The position numbers and the translations under genes are program-made. Shown here in pieces: positions 25,039 to 39,503 of a stretch of 64,000 bases of DNA. Each line of letters opens with the position of its first letter. The stretch's first letter is position 1. The stretch is from Vicugna vicugna (lineage: Eukaryota): NCBI GenBank assembly GCA_013265495.1, contig MU058387.1, forward strand, positions 1,488,001 through 1,552,000, written 5' to 3'. A model generated the notes under the pieces. It was not told where the DNA came from. It did not search any database and saw nothing but the letters and a program-made list of their open reading frames with translations.

Positions 25039-25230
25039 GGGGAGGAGGGTATAGCTCAAGTGGTAGAGGGAATACTTAGCATGCCCTAGGTCTTGGGGTC
25101 AATCCTCAGTACCTCCTCTATAAATAAATAAATAAACAAATGAACCTAATTACCTCCCTCCCCCCAAAAAATCTCAAAATAAATAGAAAATAAAAATAAT
25201 AAAAATTAAAAATAACTTTAAAGGAAAAAA
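25039..25230 (+). mobile_element. tRNA-Ala-derived SINE (vic-1-like)
   Basis: GGGTATAGCTCAAGTGGTAGAG...CTTAGCATG...CAGTACCTCC, then AACCTAATTACCTCCC and an A-rich tail. Confidence 0.88.
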
Positions 25231-26811
25231 ATTGATATGCACCTAGTGTTTATTTTGGGTCCTAAGCACTTGTTTACAATATTAGTGGAATTTTTTGTTC
25301 AATCCTTTCTTTTTTTTCCCTTTTGATTCATTCTATTATACGTACCTATAGAAGTCTTTCTGCATAGGAAAATACAATACATTTTAAGCTACATTTTTCT
25401 CAATTTTTTGTACTCCTTTAACTTTTCATAACTTTTTAATCCCTCTAATTGTGTGACTATAAGAGAGTGTATACATGTTTTTGCACTTGTTTTGTTACCT
25501 AGTGTGAAAAAAGACCTTAATGTAAGTGTTTCCAAAAGGCTAAATTTCCCGACAATGTGGACTTTGTTTCATTTACTTCTTTTTTCTTCAGTGACTGAAA
25601 GATCTGTGTGTCGTTTTTAAGTCCAGTAATAGTTCTCTTTGCTTTTCATAAATATTCTTGAGCTTTTCTTTTTTTCATATAACAGAAAATTTAAATGGGA
25701 TATGTTTAAGCTTCTTTGTAAGATCTGAAAAGTTATATCAAATTCATGGTTGTTTTTTAAAATCTAGAGTATTAGATTTATATTCTGATTATTATTTTTT
25801 TCATTTTGTATCTTCCTTTCAAATGTGTAAACTAGTATTTGTAATTAGACAATTATCAGTGCTGAATTACATAAGTAGTTTTAGTACTCAACAGATCTCA
25901 ATTTTTTAAAAATTTGATTCATTTTTATTTATCCATATTGCATGATTTATGAAATAGTTTCAAAAAGATTATATGGTAGACATGATTCTTGATTTCTTGC
26001 CTAAACAAATAATCTAGAACATTAATTATAAGTAACATTTTTAACTTCTTTTAGCCTCACATTCTTCCTCTGAAAAAAAGGGGAATGACAATGTTACCGA
26101 ACTCATAACATTGGTGTGGGAATTAAATGAACTGACAATTGCTAGCAGTTAATCACTATGTTTAACACTATTCAGTTAATATCATTATCCTGAGAGTCTT
26201 TTAATTTCTTTAATAAGGGATGCGATTTAGCTGGCAGGAAAAGTCTTTGGTATAAGATTGGTCCCTCAGATCTCTAAATTGTCTTTCAGCATTTAATATT
26301 CTAGAAAAGAAATCTGAACCTTGCTTGAATTTTATTTCATTTTTAGTATTACTAAAGTATTGTTATTGTATTTTATTTTAAAACAATATTTTAGTATTGA
26401 CATTGTAGATAGGTGCTTACTTGTTTTCACATTTAATGGAAGGACCAGTGGCTTTCTCAGACTGGTACTCCCCGATTCATGACGCAGCATTTCAATCAGT
26501 AGAGCTACATTTAGATGTCTTTTTCATTTATGGAAATTCTTCTTCAGTTACGTCTATGAGTATTGTTTTCGTTTCAATTGTTTTGTTTTCTGCACTCTTC
26601 CTCAGATCCCTCTCTGATGCAAAGTTTGGCTTTCCGTTACTTTTTAAAATACATCTGAACTCTTTGTCCATTTTCCTGCCTTTGGGGAAGCTTCTCATAT
26701 CTGTGATACACTCACTGATTCGATCTCCCACTGTATTTCTGTCTCAGATGCAGCTTTAAATTCTCTACTGGATATTTAGACTTCATATATCTATTTTTTG
26801 ATCTTACCCAT

Positions 26812-27265
26812 TGTAATGGGTTGAATGTTATTCCCCTAGAATTTAAGTTCACCTTATAAACCCTAGTATCTCTAAATATAAACTTATATGGAAATAGAGT
26901 CTTTTCAGTTGTAATAAATTTAAAGATTTCAAGATTATCTTGACTTTAGAATGGACCCAAAATCCAATGACTGGTATTTTTCAAAAGAAAAGAGAGTGAT
27001 ATTTGAGATACAGAGACACAGAGGCAAAGCCATGTGAAAAAGGAAGCAGAGATAGAAACCAAAAAACACCAAGGATCACTGGCCACCAACGGAAGTTAAG
27101 AGAGGAGTGTGAAAAGTGTTTTCCCTCAGAGCCTCCAGAAGGAGCCAACTGTGTGGATACCTTGATTTCGGATTTCTGATTTCCAGAACTGGGCGAGACT
27201 AAGTTTCTGTTATTTTAAGCTTTCAAATTTGCGGTAATTTGTTGCAGCAGTGCTAGGAAACTCAT
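26812..27265 (+). mobile_element. MaLR solo LTR (MLT1C/D-like)
   Basis: TGTAATGGGTTGAATG...CCCTCAGAGCCTCCAGAAGGAGCCAAC...TTTGCGGTAATTTGTTGCAGCAGTGCTAGGAAACT. Confidence 0.88.
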
Positions 27266-27674
27266 TTTTATTTTTATATTTCATAATTCATTTTCACCTG
27301 TTTTGCACTAAATGACAGTTCTTCCAAGAGTCAGGACGTAAGTTAATCATTGCTCTTCTTTATTGCCTTTTTTTTTTCATTTCTAATTTTTTTTCTTTCA
27401 AAGATATTTCAGTAGGCAATTATGAAGTTCTCATTGAGGGAATACAAGCCAAATGCTATTTTAAACAAAACCTTTACTTATATTGATAATGAAATATACA
27501 CTTAATTATAAATAAGGGATACAGTGAAGATCAAATCATATTTATGGGGTATGAGAAAATCTGACATACTGTATTATATTTAATATCAAAGGCTAGAATA
27601 ACTCCTTATATCTGTAACTCTAAAAAGAAAATCATGCTGAAGTTGTGTATCTTTTAAATTTAATGCATAAAAGC

Positions 27675-28136
27675 TGCCTTAGTTTAGATTTTCCCAGAAC
27701 CAAACCCTAAAGCAAAGATTAGAGTACATTTAGTTTATTTTGGAGGTGATCCCAAGAAATAGCAGTAAAGGAGTGAGGAAGTGAAACCAGGATGGAGAGT
27801 CAGCCAATAAGGGTTGCTATCAAGCAGTAATACGACTGTAGATACCTGGAGCTTAGCCACGCAGGGAACTCTGAGCACTAGTGTAAGGCAATTATTTCAC
27901 TCAAGAGGGAAGTATTTACACACCACCTGCCTTCTGCCATTGGTTGAGACGTGCTCTTATAGGTGGGCATAGCCGTGTTCCCTGAATGCTTCTGGTTTGC
28001 TAATTGGAGGGGAAGGCAGCTCTGATTAACTGAAAAAGCGCTTAGGGAGAGAATACAGGTGTTGTCAATTAAAAGTCAAGCCAGCACACTCTGAAGTGGT
28101 AGAGAGCACGGGCAGGGCACCAGTCACACTGCCACA
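27675..28136 (-). mobile_element. LTR16-like ERVL LTR
   Basis: TGCCTTAGTTTAGATTTTCCCAGAACCAAACCCTAAAGCAAAGATT...AGTTTATTTTGGAGGTGATCCCAAGAA. Confidence 0.75.
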
Positions 28137-29329
28137 GTGGCGTTAAAATGCAGGGACTCTCTCAAAATATCCGAAAGCCCACGATTAGCATTTGCTAGCA
28201 TCGACTCCATAAAGACCCAGCACAGACACCGCGGGAGCTCGGGATGGCGTTTGTGTGATTCTCTTGACCCTTCTGTCATGGCTGCTAGTTGGCTATAGTA
28301 TCTCCAAGCCTTGTGTTTTTTAACTTCTAATCAAAGAAGAAGAAAAAAAATGGAGCAATGCTCAACAGAAATTTTCTATGCATGGGTCTTTTTTTTTTTT
28401 TTTTAACGAGAGAGAAAAATCTTCCCCAGAAATCTCCAGCTGACTTCTTCCTAACACCTCATTGACCAGATAGAAAATGGAACGGACCTATTTCCCTTCA
28501 GATCAAGGACTCTCAATCTAATATTTAAACAAAACAGGTTTGATAGCAGGGAAGCCATGGGGAATGGAGCTGGCTTTTGGAACCAACAGCCTAGACGGTT
28601 GTGAGATGTAAAAGGAAAGAAGGAGCCTGAAGGTGTTTTCAGTGTGAAAGCACCTTCAGGTTTTTATTTCTCGGTTTTATTACTTTAACTATTCTTATAT
28701 ATAGTGTTACTCTTAGAGATAATAAAATATATATTCATATATATTATGTACACCTGTGTGTCTGTGTATACGTATATCTGAGTGGGTATGTGTATCTTTG
28801 AATTTGTAGCAATGTGATAAGTTAAAATTTTTCAGTGTACTCAAAATTTAAGAGAGAGTATCTTCTATTTTTGAAGTATTTTAGGTCCTTCTTGTCACTG
28901 CGTTTTCTGGCAACAGGTACTCCGTGTAGTCACAGATCTCAATCATTATTCCTATCTAAATTTTTAAGCCTCTCGACATGTATAACTAAAATATATACAA
29001 TGACAAGACATCATTTTGAAGATTCTAAGAAGACAGTGAATCTTTCTTCTAAATTACCTTTTGTCTCATTTAAATGGCAGAAAATGCTGTAAATATGAAT
29101 GGCTTCTGTCATCTTCCAAATATTAATACGGACATGTGTACTGCTTTGACAGGTCATGTTTTTCCCTTTCCATTGCCTTTCATTCAATAGTTCTCCAAAG
29201 CTTAACCGAGATTTATAAGCTTAATTTAATCTTAATTTGAATTAGACAAAGAAAAACAAATTGTTCAGAAATCATGAAGCATTTTCCTGGATTTTTATGG
29301 ACTTACTTTTTGATCTAAAAAGTCCCCTC

Positions 29330-29740
29330 ACCATTTGTTTTGGGAACTGCTCACTGCTCTAACAGATGAAGCTCCAAATCTCAGAGACTTAACCCAATAT
29401 GTTTATTTCTCACCTCACTCAAATGAAATTTAAAATAGAATTCCTGGTTAGTCCAAGTGGTGACTCCAAGACCAGATCTCACCTTTGATTTTATCTTCTG
29501 CAGCAGATGATTTCCAAGACCGCTAAGCTAGTGAAGGTAGAAAGGCTGTGTAGGAGGCACTTGGGAGATTTGTATGGGTGAGTCCTGGAAGCAGCTCACG
29601 TGAAACACACACTCACATTTCGCTGACTGGACTCTGACACATGTTCACAACTAACTGCAAGGGAGTCTGGAAAATACAGTCTAACTCTGGGACCAATAAG
29701 AAAGAAGAAACTTGGTGACCAACTAGCATCAGTACCACCT
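29330..29740 (-). mobile_element. Old MaLR LTR (MLT1I/J-like)
   Basis: AAATCTCAGAGACTTAAC...GTTTATTTCTCAC...CTAACTGCAAGGGAGTCTGGAAAATACAGTCT. Confidence 0.7.
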
Positions 29741-29746
29741 TCTCTT

Positions 29747-29925
29747 TTTTTTTTTAAATTTTTTATTGATTTATAATCATTTTACAATGTTGTGTCAAAT
29801 TCCAGTGTTCAGCACAATTTTTCAGTCATTCATGGACATATACACACTCATTGTCACATTTTTTTCTCTGTGATTTATCATAACATTTTGTGTATATTTC
29901 CCTGTGCTATACAGTGTAATCTTGT
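29747..29925 (-). mobile_element. Young L1 3' end, 5'-truncated
   Basis: Same family as 6850 and 44120; short TSD TTCTCTT on both sides. Confidence 0.88.
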
Positions 29926-31777
29926 TTCTCTTAACCACTCCATGATCCTCTTTCCAAAGGTATAAAAAGAAAGTAATTGTGTCACTCATCAACAAACAAA
30001 CAATGTAAGGTGCTTTCTAAGGTTGATTTCTTAAGTAACGTTCTTGTCAATTTAGTTAATATTGGATCAAATTTAACGTTAGATTTGTAAGTGATTTTAA
30101 AACTGGAAAACAAATTACAGGTATTGACTTCTTGTCAAATGCTTTTTGAAAAAAAAAATCATTGCTTTATTCCACAAATATTGTTGTCTACTATCCACCT
30201 AAACTTGTAATTGCATTTAGTCTTGTACATTAATAATATTTTAATTGTTCAGCCTTACCATTTACTGATAACACCTAAGAAGTAATAATGAGGTTTACTT
30301 GTCTCCTTTTTACATATGAGAGAAGAAAGGTAACTCCGTATTTCATCAAAAAACAGAAAAATATCTGTTGCTGCTTTTCCCTTCTATCACTAAGATGACT
30401 TCTCCTCCCTGACGTCATGGGGGTGACCATTGTTCTCACCTAATTACTGCTACCGAAGATGTAAACATGCCAACTTCTATGGAGAAATTTCATAGTTTAT
30501 TTTCCAACTTGTATTCAATGAAGAGCACAATTTACTGTGATTTAATTTAATTCATTCCTAGAGTTTAAACTTTAGTGCCTATGTAGTCTATTCGCAATTT
30601 CTGGGAAACTTTTAAAACTCCTTGCAAATTGCCAAACATGAATTTTGAATTTTAAAGCAATTGATTTGCATGGGCTGTTTTTGCTTACTGTGGTTTTATT
30701 TGCCTGTTTGTTGCTTTAAATGGCATAAGTCTGCACAGTAAACACAGCACTAGCACTGAAACATCTTCACAGAATTTCAATATTATAAAGTTTCTTTCAT
30801 TGCTTTCATTTACTTGATGAAACATACCTCTAGAGTGTAGTTGTTGATATTATTTGTGTTTCGTCATTTTCTCATTGGAACTGAGAAAGAGTGAAACCTA
30901 AATCACATAGTGGGGACCCCAGCTTAATCCAAGATGCTCCACTTTGCTTCCTAGGAATCAAAATTCCCAACAGAGGTTATTACCCCAGAACAAGGAAGAT
31001 AAAGCCTTAAGAATTGTGTGCAGACACACACACACAAAATATACAACAAGTGATAATTCAGGACTAAGGGATAGGCATATGTTTTCTGGTCTCAAGTCAG
31101 ATGTTTTTTTCCAGTAACCTTTTTCCTGCTAAAAGCGAAGAGATCTATTTTACTTTTTCCTGTTTAATGTGAAACCGAAGCTCAAACTGACAGGATTTGC
31201 TCTCTTGTTCCTTTTTTTATTCTCAGTACTCGAGTAAACTTTCTTGTGTGGTCTGCATAACATGAAAAGAGCTAATTTTTCTTTTGAGGATAGCATCATA
31301 TGTACAATATATTACACTATGTACAGCAAATCAATAAACAGAAAATGTACATAACCATCTTTCCTTATATTTGTAAAGAGCTTTTGGAGGGTGGAAACTA
31401 GGAGCTATAAATCTATTTATATGTTTATTTTTTTAGAAGGAAGTTAAGAGAAAGTGGTTGATGAATTACAGAATTGCATAGTTTCCATTTTATAGCAAAC
31501 ACATATGAGGATTATGAAACACACACACATATACACTCAGAGTAATTACCACCTGTGCCTAGCAGAAGTTCAACAATAACCTTCGAACTACACGTGTTGT
31601 CGTAATGCAAGACTCTTCGTGTGTTGTTTATCGTGCAATATTGTATTAAGTATCCAAAAATTAGACAATAAGTTCTACATATTTAACAAAAGAGAGTATG
31701 AGTGGAATTGAGGGTCCTTACTTTGAAAAACCCTTCACTACACATATTCACCATGAAAACTTGATCTGTTGACTCAT

Positions 31778-32270
31778 TGTGGTAGCCAGGCTCCAGAACG
31801 TTCCACAATAATTCTCACCTTCTGTTATTTACACCGTGATGTTGTCCCTGTCACAGTTAATATAACTCACCTGCGCAACCAATAAAATATTTCAGAAATT
31901 ATGATGTGTGAGTGCTAAAGATAGGTCAGAGAAGATATTGTTACTTTTACCTTGCACTCTCCTCTATCATTTATTCTACAGGAGGTCACCCAAGCAAGCT
32001 CCCACGCCCTGAGGATTCTCAAGCAGTCCTATGGAGAGGTCCATGTGACAAGAAACTGAGGCCTCCTGCCAAGAGCTAGTGTTAACTTGCCACCGATATA
32101 AGTTAGCCATCTGGGAAGAATGACCTCCAGACTAAGTCAAGCTTTCAGATGCCTGCTCTCTTGGCTGCCCTTTTTAAAACAAATAGTTGAACCAAGAACA
32201 TCCACCCCAAATACATGTGCAACATCTGGAGACAAGAAAGAACATTTGAGAAATAAAAGGTGTTATATTT
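31778..32270 (+). mobile_element. MaLR LTR (MLT1F/G-like)
   Basis: TGTGGTAGCCAGGCTCCAGAA...CTCAAGCAGTCCTATGGAGAGGTCCATGTGACAAGAAACTGAGGCCTCCTGCCAA. Confidence 0.78.
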
Positions 32271-35200
32271 GTCTTGGATGTAGATTTCACTCTGTCACCT
32301 TGGATTAAAAACTCTTGGAAAGATCGGAAAGGATATCACAGATGGTTAGATAAGAAGGCAAGTTCTGCACGCAGCTCAGGGTGCCTTGGCACTTTAGAAG
32401 ATGGGACAGCAAAGACCCCCCACACGTCTTTTCTTCTCTTTGGCTTGCTTCAGTTCATACCCATATGTTTATCACAGATCCAAGCTGGATTATAGCTTCG
32501 AATGGGATGAGGTGGGAGATGCATTACTTTAATATCCACTTCAAATACGGGAATGGCCTCTCGTGAATTCTCAGCTTCTTTTTATATCTTCTTTTATAGG
32601 CTGATCTCTTTGTAAAGTTTTCTTTTTTTAAACTATTTGAGTATCTGCTTTCTTAATCTCAATGCCTTATTCTTCAGTAAGCCTTAGAAGTTTAGTTGCT
32701 GTAAATGATTCCCCGTAAACTGACAATTAATTAACATGCTCAATGTAAGCAAACTTGTGCTAGTTTAAGCAAAAGTGGGAAGCTTGTTTTAAGGTGTCTG
32801 TCCAACTTTGGCTGGAAGGATTGAATTTACTGCATAAACAAGACTTCCGGGTGATTGCCTTCGGGAGTTGGGATAGTTACCAGCATTACTGAGTATCCGG
32901 TATTACTCAACGCTATTACAAACGTAAAGGATAACTTTGCAAGAAAGTTTATGACAAAAATGTTGAGAAGATCAGTTTCTAACACATATTTACATAGCAA
33001 TACGAATCACAGTAGTTTAAGGAAAGCTATCTGTTCAGCTGACAGATATTGGATGAAACTATGTAGACATGATACAGTGTTGGTAGTTCTTAGTGTTAGA
33101 TTTTTTTCTAAAAGAAAAATTCAAAGAATTATTGTTTGAATCTCCATATTATATTGAGCTGAATTTCTTATACATCTTACTGCTCTGTTTGAAAAGTAGC
33201 ATTCTATTTGAAACAATAAGTACAGTCAATCTATGAGTCTTTCTTCTGCAAATTTCTTAAATCCTAATTGGAAATTTGGGTCTGGCTAGAAGGAAAAAAA
33301 TCTTTATTTATGTTGGTAAAATATCTGCGTGTTTGTAGTTAATGATATCAGATAATTCTAAGGAAACAGAGTAAGAATTCTTTTAAACTGAATGCCAGCA
33401 AAGGGTCAAATGTATAAAAAATCATCTACATATCAGTAAAAATATACATACCTGTTAATACCATTTTCTCCTATAATTATCTTAATCCATAAAGTGGGAC
33501 TGTCTTCCTTATGGAAAACTCAGTAGTTACTGAATGTATTAACTGCTTTGATGGTAAAATATTCCTAAGCAAAGGAGCTGCATGATGAATTGGTGGTGGG
33601 ATGGGCGCACTTTTCCACTAAGACCTAATCAGAAAATAGGATCTCTCTCAAAGCATTCTTTTAGTAGCTTGGCCTAAATTTGAACCAGTGATTTGTGAGA
33701 TACAACTCTTCATGTTTTAAGTTTCAGAAATTATAGGGGAAGGGGTCAGATTTTCCCAGAGAATATTATCTAGAGGGCTTTCCATGATTTAAGGAAGATT
33801 GTCAGGCTGCAAATTCTCTGTCTAGGTGAATGCCTGCATGTTCACCCTCTACTTTGTCCACATCTGTTACGCCTCTACGCTGTCATATATACTGTATATA
33901 TAATGCATATATGTCGGTGCCTACCTGCTCAGTCTCCCCCAGCTTTGCTGTTGATCCCATTCAGAGCTAAGATATTTGTATCCTTATCCTCACTCCCTTA
34001 TCTCACAAAGCTCCAGCAACACAAGCCCATAATTTATAACAGAGGTTTAGTGAACTTTCAGAGGCAATGGAGACTGGAGCATAAACAGCACGCAATATTA
34101 AGAAGAATGTCAAATATCATTGCTCCTGGAAAACCTTGATCTGTTTCTCACTGCAGGGAACTTCTCGGGGCTCCTGTCCTAGGAAGCTGGGCCCTAGCTG
34201 CCAAAAGACCATTCGTGACCCAGTGCATCTCAGGGTCCTCCCTCTCATTTTCTCTTCCTGGTTCTTCTCTGGAAATCAGAGAAGACCAAACCCCTATTCC
34301 TAGAATATGTGGGAAAAAAATACACATAACTTTGGGAAACTTTTCTATCTAGAGTATAATCAGAGATGTTTCCTTTCACAACCACTTACTCTAATTTTTT
34401 TTTCCCTTAGCAAAAGATTTATTCTCTTTGTATGAGAGTATTATTTATTTATTTAGCACTTTAAGGCAAGATGATTCAAATTGTAGTCCTGTGTTAGTAA
34501 AACTGATGTCCCCTGACTTATACCACACACATTAGCAGATAGTGAAGCAACATATAACATGAATACAGCTGCCCAACACCTCCAAGTGGACAACATGAAA
34601 GCCAGAGATATCAGAAAGGAACACCAACATATCCATCTTAGTTCCTAGGGGGAAGAATTCATAATAAATATTCTCCTTATTCTAGAAGCATCTATCTCAT
34701 TTACAAAAATGGAATTCATTTGATTTAATAAATATAACCCAGGCTTGAGAGAAAAAAAGTCTCTTTTCAAAGTATCTAACATTTCTTGGAAGTAGCTAGT
34801 GAGTTTATGGCACCTGACTTCATAATAATATCTTTACGTAGTCTGTGTTGACTTTTTTTAAATATTTGATGAATTTTTAATTGTTTTTGTATGATCATTT
34901 GAATGGGACTTTACAAAATGTTAATTTTCTGAGGATTTGAAGTGAAAACCTTATAACTGACTTTGGATGGAATACCCCTATCTGGGGGCATAAATGGAAT
35001 TAGATATTAATACTATTGACTGATTTTTTGCACATAAACACAAGGTTAAAATCATTTGCAGATTTAACTCAAGGAAGCAATTTCTTCCTCAGGGCATTTT
35101 GGCATTTTGGCAGGCATTCTGAGTTGCTTTTTCCTCTCCTCTTTGGCTGCCCTCCCCAGGGCTCGGAGCAGGGACTCTCCATTAAGATCAGATGCATGTA

Positions 35201-37129
35201 ATCATGACCAATTTCCTGCACGAGCAGAAGGGGTGGGCACTCGGGGGCTTGGCCGCTCATTCTTTATTCTGTTTCCACGAGTGGTGTGTTTCTATCTGTA
35301 ACGGCAGCTGGAATCCAACCATGTGGTGGAGAGGAGGAGAGAGAAAATGAAACTCCTCTTAGGTATAAGAATATTCCCTTTTTGCCTGGTTTCTTTTTCT
35401 TTCAGTGAATTTTCCGTAGTTTCAGTTTCTCTACTATGTACAACGTGATGAAAGCTATGGGAACCCAGACTTATTTCAGTGTGTACTTATTTGATGCCAC
35501 AGACCTGAAGGAATGTCACTTTATTTCAAATATCAGTATCCAGTGTTTCACGGAGAACAAATCTGCCATAGAAGGTCCCTAAAGTGCCTATAACTGGCTG
35601 TTGCTTGCTTAAAGTCTCAGCTGTGAAAAGGTATTTTCATTTTTGTTGGCACTCAGAATATTGGGGGCTGTAAGGACACCTGGCACATTGGCGAGTCATA
35701 TAATGAATAACAAAAGGAGTGCAGAAAGGGCTTTCTATTTTTCCACAGAATATATCATTTATATGTGTATATATGCATATATACACATACATAACACTAT
35801 ATATGTTACATATATGCTTTCATATATGAGTGTGCATTCTATGATATGTATTGCTTATTATATATTAGCTCATTTTTCTCATAAGAATAAAGATTCTGAC
35901 AAGAAAAAGCTTCCTGAAAAATCAGATATTTCCATACCTTGATGTCATCTTTTTTCAATTCCCTTCAAAATACTTTTCTAGACATACAATTGTCTAATTA
36001 TACTCTTAGCTTCATAGCAAGAATAGGGAATTAAAAGTATGTCACATGAAGAATATTCTGAATCTTTTATGAAACTGTTCCTACAGAAATTGTTCATTAT
36101 GATACTCAATTCCTCTAGTATGCAGATCTCCACAACAGTAGCACTTGGAAAAAGCATCTTTCATTGTGTAGTTGTTATTATATGAACAGAATGTATAAAA
36201 GAGTTTCATTCTTGTTTGGAAGGAAGCTCATTGCTAAAGTTTAAGTTTACCTGCAGTTACTCCCCATAGCTCAGACATCCACCTCACCTTTAAGAATTAA
36301 TAATAAAAATAATAATTTTTGTAATATGAGATTTACTTCTCTCACAAAAGGGAAAGGGGTGTGGTGATTTAATAGTCATTCTGGAGCATCTAAGGAGACA
36401 TCTCAGAAGGATAGTTGGAAAAGTCATGGGTTGCATCTCATGGCTTCAACTTAACAGCTGGACAGCAAGAGAGCTTGATACAAACTACACATCTGTCTTT
36501 ACATAAAGACTGGATGGTTGACTGGCCCAGTTTATTAATCCAGATGATATTAATTTTCCATGTATGTACAAACAACCCAGTCAGTTAGTGAAGGTCCCAA
36601 GGCAACAGAATTTCTAGGAATGCAGGCAGTTACCCTTGCAATAGATTTTCTCTTGGCCAGACTTTTTCTGGCACCTTCTGGACAGCTGTCTTCATCTCAA
36701 AACAATTTCTGACTTGAAGCTCCTCATCACTGAGTTTCTTCAATTCTTCCATCCTTCCAAACCCCTCTGGCTTCATGGACACATCTCTTCATCCCTGCAG
36801 GCTACAAACCCATGCCCATCTTTTCTTAATAGGAAGGTCCCCTTGACTGTTCAACGTGAAATTTAATTTCCTGTGAAAACTAGACCACAAATTATTAGCA
36901 GTAGAACACTTGCTTCTCCTGTTCTTGAATTCAGATGTACTTGGTCCTCATAAACATGATTGAGTGACATCTTCCCTGAGGGGAAGAACTTTCTATTCAA
37001 CACAACAAAAAGTGTCTCCCTGCTCCAGGATGGGTCATATCAATTCTTATAATGGAGAAAATAGAGAAAATCAGTTGGATTTTCATATGCAAATAGATTG
37101 AAGATTGAAATTCTGCTGATTTCTAATGA

Positions 37130-37290
37130 TCGTCAGTGCATTACAGTCTATAATTAGATTTTACAGACATTCCATTCATCCTCATAAAAACATGATTACT
37201 TATTATACTTAATACACTGACAAAGAAATAGAGGCTCAGAGAAATGATTAACTTGTTCAAGAGAGTAGGGCAGAAATTAGAAAGCTAGGT
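37130..37290 (-). mobile_element. MIR
   Basis: ATCCTCATAAAAAC...CTGACAAAGAAATAGAGGCTCAGAGAAATGATTAACTTGTTCAAG. Confidence 0.65.
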
Positions 37291-38489
37291 ATCTCTGTCT
37301 GTTTTCTTTTTTATCACATATCTAAACCATACAGTAACTTTCTCTTAACAATACTTCACCACTTTTATTTTGCATTATCAGCTTTAGTACAGATTTGTTC
37401 CTTTGTTTTTATTTTTATGGCAACTATTACTGATTATTTTGAAATAAGATGGGGTAAAAATCTACAGTACAATAAAGAATGGTATTCTATGTCTAAAGAA
37501 AAAACCAAAAATTCCACCAATATTGCTAATCAATTAAACTTCCAAACTTCAAAAAGATGATACACTGTGTAGTGGGACTAGGAATACTATTCAATATGTG
37601 CCTTGAATGTTTTAAATATGATTCCTGGTTAAAATCTGTCATAAAGTAACGGTCCCCAAACCCTGCAAAAATCATTATCTTTTATAGAGCAGAGAGTCAA
37701 CCTCATGGATAACTCTGATCTTGATTGTAGCTCTCTGTGAGGATTTTATTCATTTTAATAGCATGGACTTTTAACCTCCATCATTCACCTTAAGAGACTT
37801 ACGAGAGACTCAAATTAAGTAAATGACTAGAAATGTCAAGTAATTAAACATTTGCTTTTTAATACAAAACGAATCACTTCATGCCTGTGGTCTCGGTCAC
37901 TTGATCCCATCCAGTGCTCTCAGTCTTTGAGCTGCTTCCGGCTACATTTAACCTCTTAGTCGAGCCAGACAGAGCTCCATGCTTCCTACAGTAGCCTTTA
38001 GACATTCTTTCCCCCAAGGCCTTTATCTAGGTTTGCTGAGTCTGTGGCTCAGACCTGAGTTTAGAGTCTAATTTCTCCCTCACTCTACCTCGGTTACAAT
38101 ATAGCTGAAAAAGCAACACTTACAGGTGTTTAACTTAAACTGAGACTCTTAATGTCTCTGTGAGTGAACACAGACAGTAATGGAGGAAACCTCAACCCGC
38201 TCCAATCTCAAGGAAGTCCCTCTCTTGAGAAGAACACACTCTCGTTGATTTTTGAGATGGTGTATTTGGAAATTCTCATCATTCTTTCTTTAAAGCTTTC
38301 AGTAGGATACATTTTGCAATGGTTCCACTAACTGATGAAAAACAAAGTGTTTTCTTTTTTATACTTATGGCAAATGAGGAAGATTTGGGATGCTTCTTGG
38401 ATACCCCATACATAAAATAAAGCAGTCTTCTCCATGCCATGCATCCAAAACACATCATGAATACAAGATTGATAGCTACACTTTGTCTC

Positions 38490-39090
38490 TGATAGCAAAC
38501 ACCTGCTATTTGTGTCCACCAGGAATCTGTAATCCTCCCTCTGCTTTGCGTCTGGAGACCACTGCTCCTTCAGTCTCACTCCATGAGCTCTGTGGGGCCA
38601 TCTCCAGCCTTGTTTCAAGGCTTGATCTGGCCAACCAACTTATTCCATTCCACAGACATAGTAACTAGTTTGGGGAGAAAAAGTGATAAATGGGTGCCAC
38701 TTCAATTATCATCCCTGGGGTTTTCCTGGAAAAATTCGGAAGGAGAAGCCCTTCTTCTCTTGAACTTGAAGAAAGAAGAGGAGATAAGCCAGAAGGGTCT
38801 TCTTGTCTTTATTTCCACCACAGTCAAAAAAATAAATAAATAAAACAAAAAAGAAAAAATCTTGCTTTATTATTGCGAAAAAATAAAACAGACAGGGGAG
38901 ATAATGCAAAATGGAGTACAATGTCTAGACATGCCCACGGCCTCTCTTTATGTGTTTCAATAGAATAAATCAATGCATATCTCTTTTTGCTTAAACCAAT
39001 TTGATTTGATTTGAAGTTTTTGTTGTTGTTGTTGTTTTCTGTTTCTTTTTACTTTTGTCTTTTATAACCAGAAGATTCTTGACCAATGTA
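38490..39090 (+). mobile_element. Old MaLR LTR (MLT1K/L-like)
   Basis: End reads TCTCTTTTTGCTTAAACCAATTTGA...TTATAACCAGAAGATTCTTGACCAAT. Confidence 0.55.
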
Positions 39091-39384
39091 ACTTTCCTAC
39101 AAAGGCCCAGATAATTTCAGTTCAGTGGTAAGCTCCATTTTGGCCACGGTATAAATTGAAGCTTCTGAGTCCTGTTTTGATCCCAATTTGGTTTCTTGAC
39201 TCTATTTTCAAATAAGATGGAAGGGAAGGAATTAATTAGGTTTTCTATAACATCCAACATCCCATGACACTTTGCTTCCTCTTTTGTGTTAAAATTCTTC
39301 TCTCTGTCCCATAAACTCATGATGGCTTCTGTCTATAGTGGCTCACCTGAGGTTGCCTGCTTGCTTCCCTGATTGTCTAATGTG

Positions 39385-39503
39385 TAAACTTACCAGATAA
39401 ATCACAGCACAAGACACAGTTAACGTAAAGAATCATTTGTTGTTTATTTGAAATTCAAAGATAATTGGTGTCCTCTGTTTCTTTGTTAAATCTGGCAGCT
39501 CTA
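39385..39503 (-). mobile_element. MER53-like hAT MITE fragment
   Basis: Reverse complement reads TAGAGCTGCCAGATTTAACAAAGAAACAGAGGACACCAATTATCTTTGAATTTCAAATAAACAAC. Confidence 0.7.

Noticed and set aside
30410..30417. Full CRE palindrome TGACGTCA
   Set aside because: A single 8-mer without promoter context is not informative.
36630..36800. Minus-strand short ORF MKPEGFGRMEELKKLSDEEL... with splice-like flanks
   Set aside because: Under 50 codons, unrecognised, and all frames from the acceptor hit stops.
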